Counted from the stretch's first letter, positions 1-9,841 are shown. The stretch is 64,000 nucleotides of DNA from a bacterium (GCA_030649135.1 JAUSGI010000008.1:128001-192000); one strand, 5' to 3'. The notes: generated from the sequence alone by a model not told the origin. A program made the numbers and translations.

Positions 1-562
1 CCTTCTCTCCGTAGATCAGGACGAGTTCGTCCGACACTTTCAGCAGGTCCTCTCTGAGATCGAGACCGACGATGTTGCGGTAGGTTTCTCTCATCACGGG
101 ACTGGCCTTAGTGTAGTAGGGATTTCTCACCACGCTCGTAAGATAGAAGTCTCTGGCAAGTACAATGAGTCTTTCCGGCAGGATGGCTTTGAGCCAACCG
201 ATCGAGACACTCTTTTTCTCGTACCGGCGAAGAATGGCTGGGGAGACGAGAAAGGTCTTGACTGTCTTGTTGCCCGAGACTGCCTTCCAGTGAAGCAAAA
301 TCGCTCCGCCGAAAGAGTATCCGAGCACGATGTCCGGTTTCTCCCTCTGTATAACCCGATCTAAATACCGGCTAAAATCAGAAAGAACCCATGGGTGTTC
401 TGGTTCTTTCTCCCCGCAGAATCCGGGAAGATTGAAGCGAACAACCTCAAAGTATGTCGAGAGTTCTTCCACGAAGCGTGAGCGATTGCTCCACGCATCC
501 GTGCATCCAGACGATGTATAGTTATCGTGATTCCAACCGTGGACAAGGAGAATCTTTTTCAT
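1..562 (-). CDS. alpha/beta-fold serine hydrolase (RBBP9/YdeN-like), partial; runs off the window edge
   Basis: Minus-strand reading from the ATG at 560-562 gives MKKILLVHGWNHDNYTSSGCTDAWSNRSRFVEEL...VLGYSFGGAI with a GxSxG nucleophile elbow. Not in the ORF track because no stop falls in the window. Confidence 0.5.
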   Translation of the reverse strand, partial: MKKILLVHGWNHDNYTSSGCTDAWSNRSRFVEELSTYFEVVRFNLPGFCGEKEPEHPWVLSDFSRYLDRVIQREKPDIVLGYSFGGAILLHWKAVSGNKTVKTFLVSPAILRRYEKKSVSIGWLKAILPERLIVLARDFYLTSVVRNPYYTKASPVMRETYRNIVGLDLREDLLKVSDELVLIYGEK

Positions 563-654
563 GTTTTCACCTTTCGTGGGTTTGTTGTTAAGGATCTGAT
601 GTCTGCAGTGGACACTACATTAAATAAATACATTCGTCAAGATAGTGTTCTTTT

Positions 655-1920
655 TTATTTCCTTATTTCAGAGAGTCCGTTCATATAGGGCACCAGTACC
701 TCGGGAATCCTGATGGAACCATCAGCCTGTTGAAAATTCTCAATCAGAGAAACCAGAATGCGCGGAGTGGGCGCAGCAGTGGCGTTGAGTGAGTGGGCGT
801 ATTTAATTTTGCCGTCATCATCTTTATATCGAGTGTTGAATCTTCTGGTTTGGAAGTCATGATAGTACGATGCGCTGGCAATCTCTCTGTACCTGCCTTC
901 TTTGGGCACCCAGAGTTCGGTATCATAAGATTTGACGTGAGCACCCTTGAGGTCGCCGGTACATATCGCTAGCTGTTGATACGGAATACCGAGTGACTCG
1001 ATAAACTCTTCCATATTTCTGTTTAGTTCTTCATGGAACTTCACGGACTCTTCGTGGCTTGCCTCACACAAAATAAGTTGTTCCAGTTTGAAAAACTCAT
1101 TGACCCGAATCAAACCTTTTACATCTTTTGAATAGCTGCCGGCTTCGCGGCGATAACACGGCGAAAACGCCAGATACCTCTTTGGCAACTCTGCCTTGTC
1201 GAGAATCTCTTCCGCATGATAGGCCATCATCGGCACTTCGGCCGTGCCGGCCAGATAATCACCGTCTTGAGTTTGATAAATGTCTTCGGCTCCTCCCGGC
1301 AAGTGACCGGTACCGTAGAAGAAATTTTTATGAACAATCGCTGGGGCAATGAATGGCGTAAAGTTTTTTCGCAGGAAGAAGTGTTGCGCATAATTCCAGA
1401 TTGCCCAAGAGAGCATGGCTCCAGCATTTTTCAAAAAGTAGCCCCGAAAGCCGTGCACCTTGACTCCCCTTTCAAAATCAACCATATCGAGTCCAATCAT
1501 GAGCTCGGTATGATCTTTAGGCTCAAAGTCGAACTTAGGCTTGTCACCCCAAGTTTTGATTACAACATTTTCTTCTTCGCTTGCGCCTTCGGGAACAGAA
1601 GCATCCGGCACGTTAGGGACAGAGAGCATCAGTCCCTGCCATTCATGCATCACTTCCTTTAATGCCTCTTCCTCTCGCCCAAGCTCTACCTTCAGCACTT
1701 TCATCTTTTCCAAAATATTGTCGCGTTCTTCGGAATTTGCCTTAACTATTGCGTTGTTAGCCACCTTCTGTTCAGCTCGCTTCTCTTCCACTTTGCCTAA
1801 GAGCTTTTTACGCTTGTCATCGACTGCGATAAGTCTATCGATATCGCATTCGATATGTTTCTTTTTAGCCGCGAGTTCGACTAGTTCTCTATTTTCCCTA
1901 ATAAACTTAATATCAAGCAT
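655..1920 (-). CDS. serS: seryl-tRNA synthetase
   Basis: N-terminal coiled-coil MLDIKFIRENRELV and a class II aaRS core. The ORF 655..1986 is trimmed to the Met that aligns with the SerRS N-terminus. Confidence 0.9.
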   Translation of the reverse strand: MLDIKFIRENRELVELAAKKKHIECDIDRLIAVDDKRKKLLGKVEEKRAEQKVANNAIVKANSEERDNILEKMKVLKVELGREEEALKEVMHEWQGLMLSVPNVPDASVPEGASEEENVVIKTWGDKPKFDFEPKDHTELMIGLDMVDFERGVKVHGFRGYFLKNAGAMLSWAIWNYAQHFFLRKNFTPFIAPAIVHKNFFYGTGHLPGGAEDIYQTQDGDYLAGTAEVPMMAYHAEEILDKAELPKRYLAFSPCYRREAGSYSKDVKGLIRVNEFFKLEQLILCEASHEESVKFHEELNRNMEEFIESLGIPYQQLAICTGDLKGAHVKSYDTELWVPKEGRYREIASASYYHDFQTRRFNTRYKDDDGKIKYAHSLNATAAPTPRILVSLIENFQQADGSIRIPEVLVPYMNGLSEIRK

Positions 1921-1943
1921 AATACGATACAATATTATCATAA

Positions 1944-2800
1944 TGATTCGTGAACTTCTCCCACCTGATTTCCCCGCACTTCTCAAAGAAATTCCTGACG
2001 CCCCGCAACGGCTTCGTTACGAAGGCATGTTACCGAAAGATGGCAATAAGCTTTTGGCTGTCGTCGGTTCAAGAAAGTACTCGAGCTATGGCAGAGAATC
2101 ATGCGAGTCTATTATCTCCGGACTGTCCGGTTCTCCCATCACAATCGTCTCCGGCTTGGCACTCGGTATCGATTCTATAGCCCACCGCGCCGCTCTGCGC
2201 GCTGGCCTCCAGACTATCGCCATCCCGGGCTCCGGTCTTGATAGGAAAGTCTTACACCCCCACTCACATGTTAATCTCGCGGAAGAAATTATCGAAAATG
2301 GTGGCGGACTCATTTCGGAATACGACGATACGATGCCAAGTGGCGCGTGGGCCTTCCCAAGAAGAAACAGAATCATGGCTGGGATGTGCCACGCCACTAT
2401 CGTCATCGAAGCGGAGAAGCGTTCTGGGACTCTCATAACTTCACGGCTCGCCACAGAATATAACCGTGAAGTTGGTTGCGTTCCCGGCCCAATTGATTCT
2501 CCCACTTCCGATGGGCCGCATATGCTTATCCGCCTCGGCGCCGCACTCATCCGAGATGCCAATGATGTACTGGAACTTCTAGGACTCCAGAGAAAGGACG
2601 AGAACCTAACACTCGTAGATATAGAAGAGCTAAGTGATGAAGAGAAAATTTTTATAAAAATCTTAGAGGAACCATGTTCACGCGATGAACTTATCCGTAA
2701 ATCACAACTCGATATCGGCAACGCTAGCGCTACTTTGTCACTTCTGGAGATTAAGGGTTTAATTAGCGAAGAACTGGGTGAAGTACGAAAGACGTTTTAA
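1944..2800 (+). CDS. dprA: DNA processing protein DprA/Smf
   Basis: Motif VVGSRKYSSYG and a Rossmann-like DprA core. The ORF upstream of 1944 is antisense to serS, so the start is set at MIRELLPP. Confidence 0.85.
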
Positions 2801-2872
2801 ATATTTCAATTCGCATATTTTCCTTGACATTATTGACACGATATGTTATGCTTCTCGCAGGAGGTGTGTTAT

Positions 2873-3098
2873 GGAGTCAATCATCACGGCCATCATGATT
2901 CTCCTTGTTGTGCTATGCACGATCCTCACATTCGACAGATGGCTGACTGCTATCCTGTCGGTCGGAGGACTCGCGCTCTACGTGGCCTCGTGGCCTGCCG
3001 AGAGCGTGTGGGGTAGCTGGCCAGCGATGCTGGTCTGGGCCGTCGGTATTCTAATGTGGTTCACAGCGGTCCGCATGTGCATGTCATCAACGGACTGA
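2873..3098 (+). CDS. small hydrophobic protein with two predicted TM helices
   Basis: AGGAGG at 2861-2866 precedes the ATG at 2873. The product is strongly hydrophobic. Confidence 0.4.
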
Positions 3099-3188
3099 GC
3101 AGATTCCACTGCTCCCCGCCTCGTCGCAAGATTTGGCGGGTTTTCGTTTTATAATTTGCAAATAAAAAGTTTCTGTAGTATTTGTTAG

Positions 3189-5396
3189 GTGATGCGTTTA
3201 CTTATAGTAGAGTCGCCGTCGAAAGCCAAGACTATCGAGAAATATCTTGGTAAAGATTTTCGCGTGGTCGCGTCCGTCGGGCATATTCGCGACCTTCCCA
3301 AATCAAATAAGGCGGCTATTGATGTACCGGGTGGCTTCATACCGCACTACGAAGTGGTGAAGGGAAAAGAAAGAGTGATTTCGGAAATTAAGTCATTGTC
3401 CAAAAAAGCCGACGAAGTCTTGCTCGCGACCGACCCAGACCGCGAAGGTGAGGCTATTGCTTGGCATGTCGAGCAGGCGGTTGGATTGAAGTCTCCGAAA
3501 CGTATTGTCTTCTATGAGATAACCAAAGAAGCCGTAGAAGAAGCGCTCGAACATCCCCGAGAAATTGACACCAACCTTCGGGAAGCACAGGAAGCAAGGA
3601 GGGTTTTGGACCGTTTGGTCGGCTATGACCTTTCCGGACTAATCTGGAAAAAGGTGCGTTACGGTCTGTCCGCCGGCAGAGTGCAATCCCCCGCTCTGCG
3701 CATCGTAATGGAGCGCGAGCGCGAAATACGCGCCTTTCTACCGGTCACTTTCTGGACTATTACTGCCAATCTCGAAGATAAATCTAAAAATAATCTGGTT
3801 TTCGTCTGTTCCCAAGAACCAAATAAAAAAGAGGATGTAGAAAATATCATTAATTCTGCCAAGGTCTCCCCTTGGCAAGTTACGGACATCAAGGAAACCA
3901 AAGTGGCGCGCGCTCCGCGCGCGCCCTTCATCACCTCGACCTTGCAACAGACAGCAAGTTCTCGCCTTGGCATGGCACCCTCTCGCTCTATGTACTTTGC
4001 CCAGAGACTTTACGAAGCCGGACACATTACTTATATGCGTACCGACTCCACCAATCTTGGTGGTGCGGCGCGCAAAGAAATAGAGGAGGTGGTGAAGAAA
4101 AAATACGGAGCGAATTATTTTGAATCGCACGTCTTTGCGAAAAAATCTAAAAACGCACAAGAAGCTCACGAAGCCATTCGGCCAACGCACATGAATGTAG
4201 AAACGGCTGGGGCGACAGATGGGGAGAAAAAACTTTACCAACTAATCTGGCAGAGAACCATCTCAAGCCAAATGAAACCGGCGGAAGTCATGCGGACCAA
4301 AGTCGTGGCCAACACAGAGGTTAAACCTCTGGGATTGGAGTCCGGAGGTTTAACCTCTGGGGAAATGCCGGACTTCTGGCTCAATGGCTCGCGCATTATC
4401 TTTGACGGCTGGCTTAAGGCCGACCCACGCTCGGCTAGTGAGGATATTATCTTGCCGAAAATCTTGACAGGCGACCCGCTCAAGCTCTTGAATATAAGCT
4501 CGGAAGAAAAGCTAACCGAACCGCCCGCTCGATATTCCGAAGCAGGATTAATTAAAGAACTTGAAAAACGCGGCATCGGCCGACCGTCGACCTATGCTTC
4601 CATTATCAAGACACTTGACGACCGTGGCTATGTGGAAAAAAGGGCTAAAGCCCTTTTCCCCACCGACACAGGTGAAGTGGTCAGCTCATTTCTCGAAGAG
4701 CATTTCCCTACCTATATCAGTGATTCCTTCACTGCGGAAATGGAGGACGAGCTGGACGACATCGCCAACGGTACGCGCACATATAAGAAAACTCTGGCTG
4801 ATTTTTATACGCCATTTTCAAAAGAAGTAAAAGAGCGAGATAAAGTCGCCAAAATCACTAACCTAGGCAAAGCGCCAGCGGACTTGAAGTGCCCCGTCTG
4901 CGGAGCTAACATGATTATCAAGCTCGGCAAGAGCGGTAAGTTCTTGTCCTGCGAGAAGTACCCGGAATGCCAAGGGGCACGCACCATGGAAGGCAAGGAG
5001 CTTGAAGGGCCTAAAGATACCGGAGAAATATGCCCTAAGTGCGGCAAGGGTAATCTGGTCACTCGGGAAGGCAAGTTCGGCATGTTCACGGCTTGTTCGC
5101 GTTTCCCCAAGTGCAAGTTTGTCAAAAAAGATGAGGAGCAAGAGAAAGCAAACTCCACCGGTGTAAAATGTCCCGTATGTAAAACTGGTTTTCTGTCGGA
5201 ACGGCGCGGCCGCTTCGGAATATTCTACAGCTGCTCAAACTATCCCGACTGTAAGTATGCCATCAATGCTAAGCCTACCGGTGAGACCTGCAAACTCTGT
5301 GGTAGTTTGATGATGGAAGGTACGAAAACTATTCCGGAGAGATGTTCAGATAAAAAATGTCCCAATCACAACCCACACAAAATCAATCAGACCTAG
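3189..5396 (+). CDS. topA: DNA topoisomerase I with C-terminal zinc-ribbon repeats
   Basis: Toprim and topoisomerase IA motifs (LLIVESPSKAKTI, APFITSTLQQ, YITYMRTDS) and four CxxC...CxxC zinc ribbons at the C-terminus. Confidence 0.93.
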   Translation: MMRLLIVESPSKAKTIEKYLGKDFRVVASVGHIRDLPKSNKAAIDVPGGFIPHYEVVKGKERVISEIKSLSKKADEVLLATDPDREGEAIAWHVEQAVGLKSPKRIVFYEITKEAVEEALEHPREIDTNLREAQEARRVLDRLVGYDLSGLIWKKVRYGLSAGRVQSPALRIVMEREREIRAFLPVTFWTITANLEDKSKNNLVFVCSQEPNKKEDVENIINSAKVSPWQVTDIKETKVARAPRAPFITSTLQQTASSRLGMAPSRSMYFAQRLYEAGHITYMRTDSTNLGGAARKEIEEVVKKKYGANYFESHVFAKKSKNAQEAHEAIRPTHMNVETAGATDGEKKLYQLIWQRTISSQMKPAEVMRTKVVANTEVKPLGLESGGLTSGEMPDFWLNGSRIIFDGWLKADPRSASEDIILPKILTGDPLKLLNISSEEKLTEPPARYSEAGLIKELEKRGIGRPSTYASIIKTLDDRGYVEKRAKALFPTDTGEVVSSFLEEHFPTYISDSFTAEMEDELDDIANGTRTYKKTLADFYTPFSKEVKERDKVAKITNLGKAPADLKCPVCGANMIIKLGKSGKFLSCEKYPECQGARTMEGKELEGPKDTGEICPKCGKGNLVTREGKFGMFTACSRFPKCKFVKKDEEQEKANSTGVKCPVCKTGFLSERRGRFGIFYSCSNYPDCKYAINAKPTGETCKLCGSLMMEGTKTIPERCSDKKCPNHNPHKINQT

Positions 5397-6901
5397 ACCC
5401 ACTCGCCAACATTATAAGGAGCATGGTCAACCCTTTGCCGGAAGACGTTGTCACCGTCAAGAAGGCCTTTACCTTCGCTCTCCGCGCTCACCAAGGGCAC
5501 GAGAGACTATCCGGGGAACCTTATTTAAAACATCTGTCCGAAACGGCACTGATACTGGCAGAGCTGGGCGCGGGAGGGCCAACGATTGCAGCTGGATTAC
5601 TTCACGATACGATAGAAGATGTTGGGGTTAAAAGAGAGGAAATTGTATCTGAATTTGGAGAAGAAGTCGCTTTCTTGGTTGACGGTGTTACCAAGCTCGG
5701 ACATCTTAAATATAAAGGTGTTAACCGACACAACGAGAGCTTGCGTAAATTATTCGTAGCCATGTCGGAAGATATCAGAGTGCTTCTCATCAAGCTCGCG
5801 GACCGCCTACATAATATGAGAACGCTCTCTCATGTGCCGAAAGAAAAACAAAAAAGGATAGCGGCGGAGACACTCGAAATCTACGCCCCCATCGCCTACC
5901 GACTGGGTATCAGAAAGATTAATCGCGAGCTTGAAGACTTATCCTTCCCTTACGTATATCCCAAGGAATACGAAGAGATGCGAAAAATGCTCAAAGAACG
6001 ACACTCGGATAGAGTAGAGAGTTTAGAAAAATTTTCACACTCTGTTCAGAAGGCGCTGGCCAAAGAAGGTTTAACCAAAGCCAAGACAGAGTATCGGGTA
6101 AAGGGACTCTATAGTCTATACAAAAAATATCTTAGATATGATAAAGACCTGGAAAAGATCTATGACGTGAGCGCCATGCGTATCCTAGTGGACTCTATAG
6201 CAGATTGTTATCGAGTGCTGGGAGTGATACATGGACGCTGGAGACCTTTACCGCGTCGTATCAAAGATTACATCGCTTTCCCCAAACCGAATGGCTATCA
6301 GGCCCTACATACAACTATCTTCATTGGAGACGGCAATATTGTGGAAGTCCAGATTAAAACTCACGAGATGTATCGGTATTCCGAATACGGTATCGCTTCC
6401 CACCTTTACTATAAAGAAAACGGTCGCAATAAAAATGTCTTGGCCTGGGTCTATGCCCTTTTGCCAAAATCTAAAAAAGCAAACGGCACAGGTACTGTTA
6501 AAAGTAAGGATGTGCCCAAATGGATATCGGAGTTGGCCACATATGAAGAGCCCTCCCAAAATCAACGGCTCTTCCGAGAAAGGCTCACAAGCGACTTTTT
6601 CAGCCAAAGAATATTTGTTTTCTCCCCGAAGGGCGACGTGGTGGACTTGCCTATTGACTCAACCCCCATCGACTTTGCCTATTCGATACATTCCGACATC
6701 GGAGACCGCATGACGGGCAGCAAAGTGAATGGCAAGTTGGTCTCACTTGACACCAAGCTTCACAATGGAGATATAGTTTTCATCATGACTAGCGAATCGG
6801 CTAAACCTAATCGCAAATGGCTTGAGATGACCAAAACCTCAATGGCTCGCCGCCATATCCGACATCAACTTGGGAAACTTAGGAAACCTGACCGCGCTTA
6901 G
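5357..6901 (+). CDS. bifunctional (p)ppGpp synthetase/hydrolase, RelA/SpoT family, without an ACT domain
   Basis: HD motif LLHDTIEDVG, a RelA_SpoT synthetase block (KDYIAFPKPNGYQALHTTI) and a TGS domain. It overlaps topA by 40 nt, and the start could instead be the ATG at 5423. Confidence 0.85.
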   Translation: MSQSQPTQNQSDLDPLANIIRSMVNPLPEDVVTVKKAFTFALRAHQGHERLSGEPYLKHLSETALILAELGAGGPTIAAGLLHDTIEDVGVKREEIVSEFGEEVAFLVDGVTKLGHLKYKGVNRHNESLRKLFVAMSEDIRVLLIKLADRLHNMRTLSHVPKEKQKRIAAETLEIYAPIAYRLGIRKINRELEDLSFPYVYPKEYEEMRKMLKERHSDRVESLEKFSHSVQKALAKEGLTKAKTEYRVKGLYSLYKKYLRYDKDLEKIYDVSAMRILVDSIADCYRVLGVIHGRWRPLPRRIKDYIAFPKPNGYQALHTTIFIGDGNIVEVQIKTHEMYRYSEYGIASHLYYKENGRNKNVLAWVYALLPKSKKANGTGTVKSKDVPKWISELATYEEPSQNQRLFRERLTSDFFSQRIFVFSPKGDVVDLPIDSTPIDFAYSIHSDIGDRMTGSKVNGKLVSLDTKLHNGDIVFIMTSESAKPNRKWLEMTKTSMARRHIRHQLGKLRKPDRA

Positions 6902-7860
6902 ATACTGAAATTGGCGACAGAATAGAGAGACTCGTCGTCTTCGGATTTTACTGGCTCGTCCTCTGCGAGAATTTTGTCCTCCTCTGTCAGAGCTGGAACG
7001 TCTGCTATAGACATGTTTACTTCATGTGAGTTTTTAAATTCTTTATCCACAATAATTCTTTCAAGTAGAGCTCGTAGGTCATCTTTATTGAAAAAGTCTA
7101 TCGTCACTCGCCCGCCTTCTTCCTTCTTTTCTATTCTCACTCGAGTACCCAATTTCTCTTTAAACAAGCCCTCGATATCTATAAGTTCTTGGTCGATCAA
7201 CTTGCGGGCACGCTCGACCGCAATGTGACGTGCGATACCTTCCGCCTCCCTGACGTTGAGTTTTTTGAAAATAATTTCTTTGAAAAGCGTTTCTTGCTCC
7301 TGTGGCCTGTCGGTAAGCATCATGAGTGGCCGGGTATGGCCCTCGCTAATCTTATTTTCCGATAGAGCGTTAATAATATATTCCGGCAAAGAAAGAATGC
7401 GCAGAGAGTTTGAGACAAACTCACGACTCTTCCCTACTTTCTTGCCGATCTCGTGATGCTTGAACTTAAATTCTTTCGACAGGCGGTCGAAAGCGCGGGC
7501 ACGGTCAACGGGACTAAGGTCCTCGCGCTGAATGTTTTCGATGATAGCGAGCTCAAGTTTCATTAGGTCAGTTTCCTCACCATCGCGAATGAGTACTGGT
7601 ACTTGCGCGAGGCCAGCTAGGCGAGCGGCGCGGAGGCGCCGCTCGCCGGCCACCAATTCATATTCCACACCAATCCCCCCCTCCTCCTTTTCCACTTCTT
7701 TACGCGTCACCACAAGAGCCTGAAGCACGCCATATTGGCGGATGGAATCCGCCAAACTCTTGAGCTGAACTTCATCGAAGTCACGGCGGGGCTGGTATGG
7801 GTTCGGCTTAATTTTATCCACCTCTATCCAGAAAATAGAGTCGTTATAGAATCGGGACAT
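6898..7860 (-). CDS. parB: ParB/Spo0J-family partition protein
   Basis: ParB box GERRLRAARLAGL plus a helix-turn-helix, with an acidic C-terminal tail. Confidence 0.85.
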   Translation of the reverse strand: MSRFYNDSIFWIEVDKIKPNPYQPRRDFDEVQLKSLADSIRQYGVLQALVVTRKEVEKEEGGIGVEYELVAGERRLRAARLAGLAQVPVLIRDGEETDLMKLELAIIENIQREDLSPVDRARAFDRLSKEFKFKHHEIGKKVGKSREFVSNSLRILSLPEYIINALSENKISEGHTRPLMMLTDRPQEQETLFKEIIFKKLNVREAEGIARHIAVERARKLIDQELIDIEGLFKEKLGTRVRIEKKEEGGRVTIDFFNKDDLRALLERIIVDKEFKNSHEVNMSIADVPALTEEDKILAEDEPVKSEDDESLYSVANFSI

Positions 7861-7903
7861 GCAAATATTATATCAAATGTTTTTATGCTATTCTATGGTA
7901 GAC

Positions 7904-7986
7904 GCTGGAGTGATGGAATGGCAGACATGCAGCACTCAAAATGCTGTGGGCGCAAGCCCGTGTGGGTTCAAGTCCCACCTCCAGCA
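7904..7986 (+). tRNA. tRNA-Leu (anticodon CAA)
   Basis: Hand-folded. Acceptor GCTGGAG/CTCCAGC, anticodon stem CAGCA/TGCTG, anticodon loop CTCAAAA, a long variable arm (TGGGCGCAAGCCCGT) and T-arm GTGGG-TTCAAGT-CCCAC. CCA is not encoded. Confidence 0.85.
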
Positions 7987-7987
7987 C

Positions 7988-8566
7988 ATGCTAAATCTTA
8001 CCGATAAAACTTTGGTGGCATATGTTATTGGTATCGCTCTTGGCGATGGAAATCTTTCTAATCCGAATGGACGTGCAGTTAGATTAAGAATAACCTGTGA
8101 CTCTAAATATCCCTTTTTGATTTCTAAGATTGAACAGTCATTAAAGAAATTGGCCCCTAAAAATAAAGTCTCTCGAATCAATAGAGGAGATAATGCCATA
8201 GATGTCAGCTGCTATTCAAATCAATGGGAGCAATTACTCGGTTGGAAGGCCTACGGTGGCTCAAAAATAAGACAATCGGTTCGCATACCTAGTTGGATAT
8301 TTAGAAATAAAAAACTTTGTCAGGCTTGTTTGTGCGGACTATGGGAGACCGATGGTTCGGTTTACAAAGACAGAAAATATATAACAGCAAATTTTGTGAC
8401 TCAGATTCCAAGCCTCGCACAAGGTGTGGCGAAGATGATTCTTAAAACCCGCTACAAGGCTTCTATACAAAAATTGGTCTTATCTGATAACAGAGAAAAA
8501 TTTACTTTCAGAATTCATAGAAATGCTTCTCAGTTTATTAAAGAAATGTCTATAGAGAAAAGGTGA
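7988..8566 (+). CDS. LAGLIDADG homing endonuclease (double-motif, monomeric type)
   Basis: Two LAGLIDADG motifs, VIGIALGDGNL and LCGLWETDGSV. The ATG at 7988 sits 1 nt after the tRNA-Leu discriminator. The upstream part of the track ORF (7859..7987) overlaps the tRNA and is rejected. Confidence 0.75.
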   Translation: MLNLTDKTLVAYVIGIALGDGNLSNPNGRAVRLRITCDSKYPFLISKIEQSLKKLAPKNKVSRINRGDNAIDVSCYSNQWEQLLGWKAYGGSKIRQSVRIPSWIFRNKKLCQACLCGLWETDGSVYKDRKYITANFVTQIPSLAQGVAKMILKTRYKASIQKLVLSDNREKFTFRIHRNASQFIKEMSIEKR

Positions 8567-8617
8567 TACAGCAAGCGTCCATCATAGAATGTGGATTCTC
8601 TCTCCCGGCACCCATAA

Positions 8618-8643
8618 TTGACTTCCTATCAGTGTGATATAAA
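8618..8643 (+). promoter_or_regulatory. promoter-like TTGACT ... TGaTATAAA (short spacer, extended -10)
   Basis: Read by eye. The spacer is only about 14 nt, so this is weak. Confidence 0.3.
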
Positions 8644-8704
8644 ATTCGTGTTAAACAGTACAAACGCGACTTATCAGATAGAACCAAGGGAGGAGGTGAA
8701 GGAC

Positions 8705-9094
8705 ATGACACCAGGCGATAAACTGCAGTTATGCCAGCAGGTTGGGGAGTGCCTCCGAAACTCTCCGGTAAAAGATTCTCTCACGAAGCGCTGGGAGAAT
8801 CAGCTCTTCGCGAGGCATCTAGAGTATCCGGAGCGAAGTCCCCAAATCTGCACGACGGTGCAGTTGGAAATCGGACCTACAACCGGCTGGTTTACACTTG
8901 AGCAGACGGGTGGTGGTTTCTTGGCGCACATCTGGGCGCCAGGCGCCCGAGAGTCCAAGGAGGTCGAGAAGGAGGCACGCGATCTCGGTGACCATCTGTT
9001 GTCGGTCCTTCCTGCCTCATGCGTTCGAGTCCGTTTTGCCAAACCGCACGAGTTCCTCTCTCGTAAAGGGTGGTCAATCCACAACGGCAACTAG
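8705..9094 (+). CDS. hypothetical protein (GC-rich, 129 aa)
   Basis: Strong RBS GGGAGGAGGTG at 8688-8698 before the ATG at 8705, in frame with track ORF 8618..9094. GC content is higher than in flanking genes. Confidence 0.5.
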   Translation: MTPGDKLQLCQQVGECLRNSPVKDSLTKRWENQLFARHLEYPERSPQICTTVQLEIGPTTGWFTLEQTGGGFLAHIWAPGARESKEVEKEARDLGDHLLSVLPASCVRVRFAKPHEFLSRKGWSIHNGN

Positions 9095-9115
9095 GTATAG
9101 ACGGGCAATCATCCC

Positions 9116-9158
9116 GGGCCTCTCCGACACCGCTGTCGGAGAGGCCCTCTTCTTTTTT
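9116..9158 (+). terminator. rho-independent terminator
   Basis: GGGCCTCTCCGACA-ccgc-TGTCGGAGAGGCCC followed by TCTTCTTTTTT. Confidence 0.75.
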
Positions 9159-9198
9159 AAATTTATTTTCATAAATGGTTAGTTTTTACTGCATGTGC

Positions 9199-9228
9199 TT
9201 GACTTTTAGCATATATCTATTGTATAAT
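9199..9228 (+). promoter_or_regulatory. sigma70-like promoter: TTGACT, 18 nt spacer, TATAAT
   Basis: Canonical hexamers by eye. The RBS AAGGAGGG lies at 9265-9272 before the ATG at 9274. Confidence 0.6.
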
Positions 9229-9273
9229 CTAAGCAGAAAATAAAACGATCTTAGCCCAGGGCCCAAGGAGGGC

Positions 9274-9729
9274 ATGATGCACAAGTCACTAGTTTTCGCA
9301 TGGATATGTGTGATCTGTTGGTCATTCCTTCCGAATATTTTGGAACGGAAGCTGGATGGTTTCCACCCTGCGTCGATCCTCGTCCTCGTCTACTCCGTGA
9401 TGCTCTCGCTCGCCTTTGTACGACTGGGACACGTAAAGTACATGGGAGAGCCGGTGCACTTCCCGACGGGCATCTTCCTTACCATCGCTGTCGGTACTGC
9501 CTTCCTCTGGTTTGTGGGTGACTACTCGTATACCAGCGCATTCTTGAGCCAGGGTAGCCTGGTCGCGATCATGACTATTTTGGCTTTATCACCCATCGGT
9601 GCAACCCTCGTGAAGATGGTTTGGGCAGGGGAGCTCCCGAACCGTTATCACATCGTGGCGTATGTGGCAGTCCTCATAGCAATCTACTTCACGGCGAAAG
9701 GTAATACCATCGCCAACTCAGTCCCCTGA
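9274..9729 (+). CDS. hypothetical integral membrane protein (4-5 predicted TM helices)
   Basis: Hydrophobic profile, with its own promoter and RBS. GC-rich. Confidence 0.55.
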   Translation: MMHKSLVFAWICVICWSFLPNILERKLDGFHPASILVLVYSVMLSLAFVRLGHVKYMGEPVHFPTGIFLTIAVGTAFLWFVGDYSYTSAFLSQGSLVAIMTILALSPIGATLVKMVWAGELPNRYHIVAYVAVLIAIYFTAKGNTIANSVP

Positions 9730-9841
9730 AATAGACATTGCGAGTTCAAGCCTCGCATGGGAAAGCTCAACACAGCTTACCGTGCGGGGCTTTCTTATTT
9801 TCATAACATACTCTGTATATTTGCAATGTATAATAAGATGA

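Noticed and set aside
1541-1943. 5' extension of the dprA track ORF
   Set aside because: It is antisense to serS and low-complexity (Ser-rich). DprA homology starts at 1944.
7859-7987. N-terminal 43 codons of the LAGLIDADG track ORF, plus ORF 7735..8007
   Set aside because: They overlap a well-folded tRNA-Leu(CAA). The endonuclease LAGLIDADG motif fits a start at 7988.
9735-9790. Hairpin TGCGAG-ttcaagc-CTCGCA after the membrane-protein gene, as a possible terminator
   Set aside because: Short stem and no clear T-run. Too weak to call.
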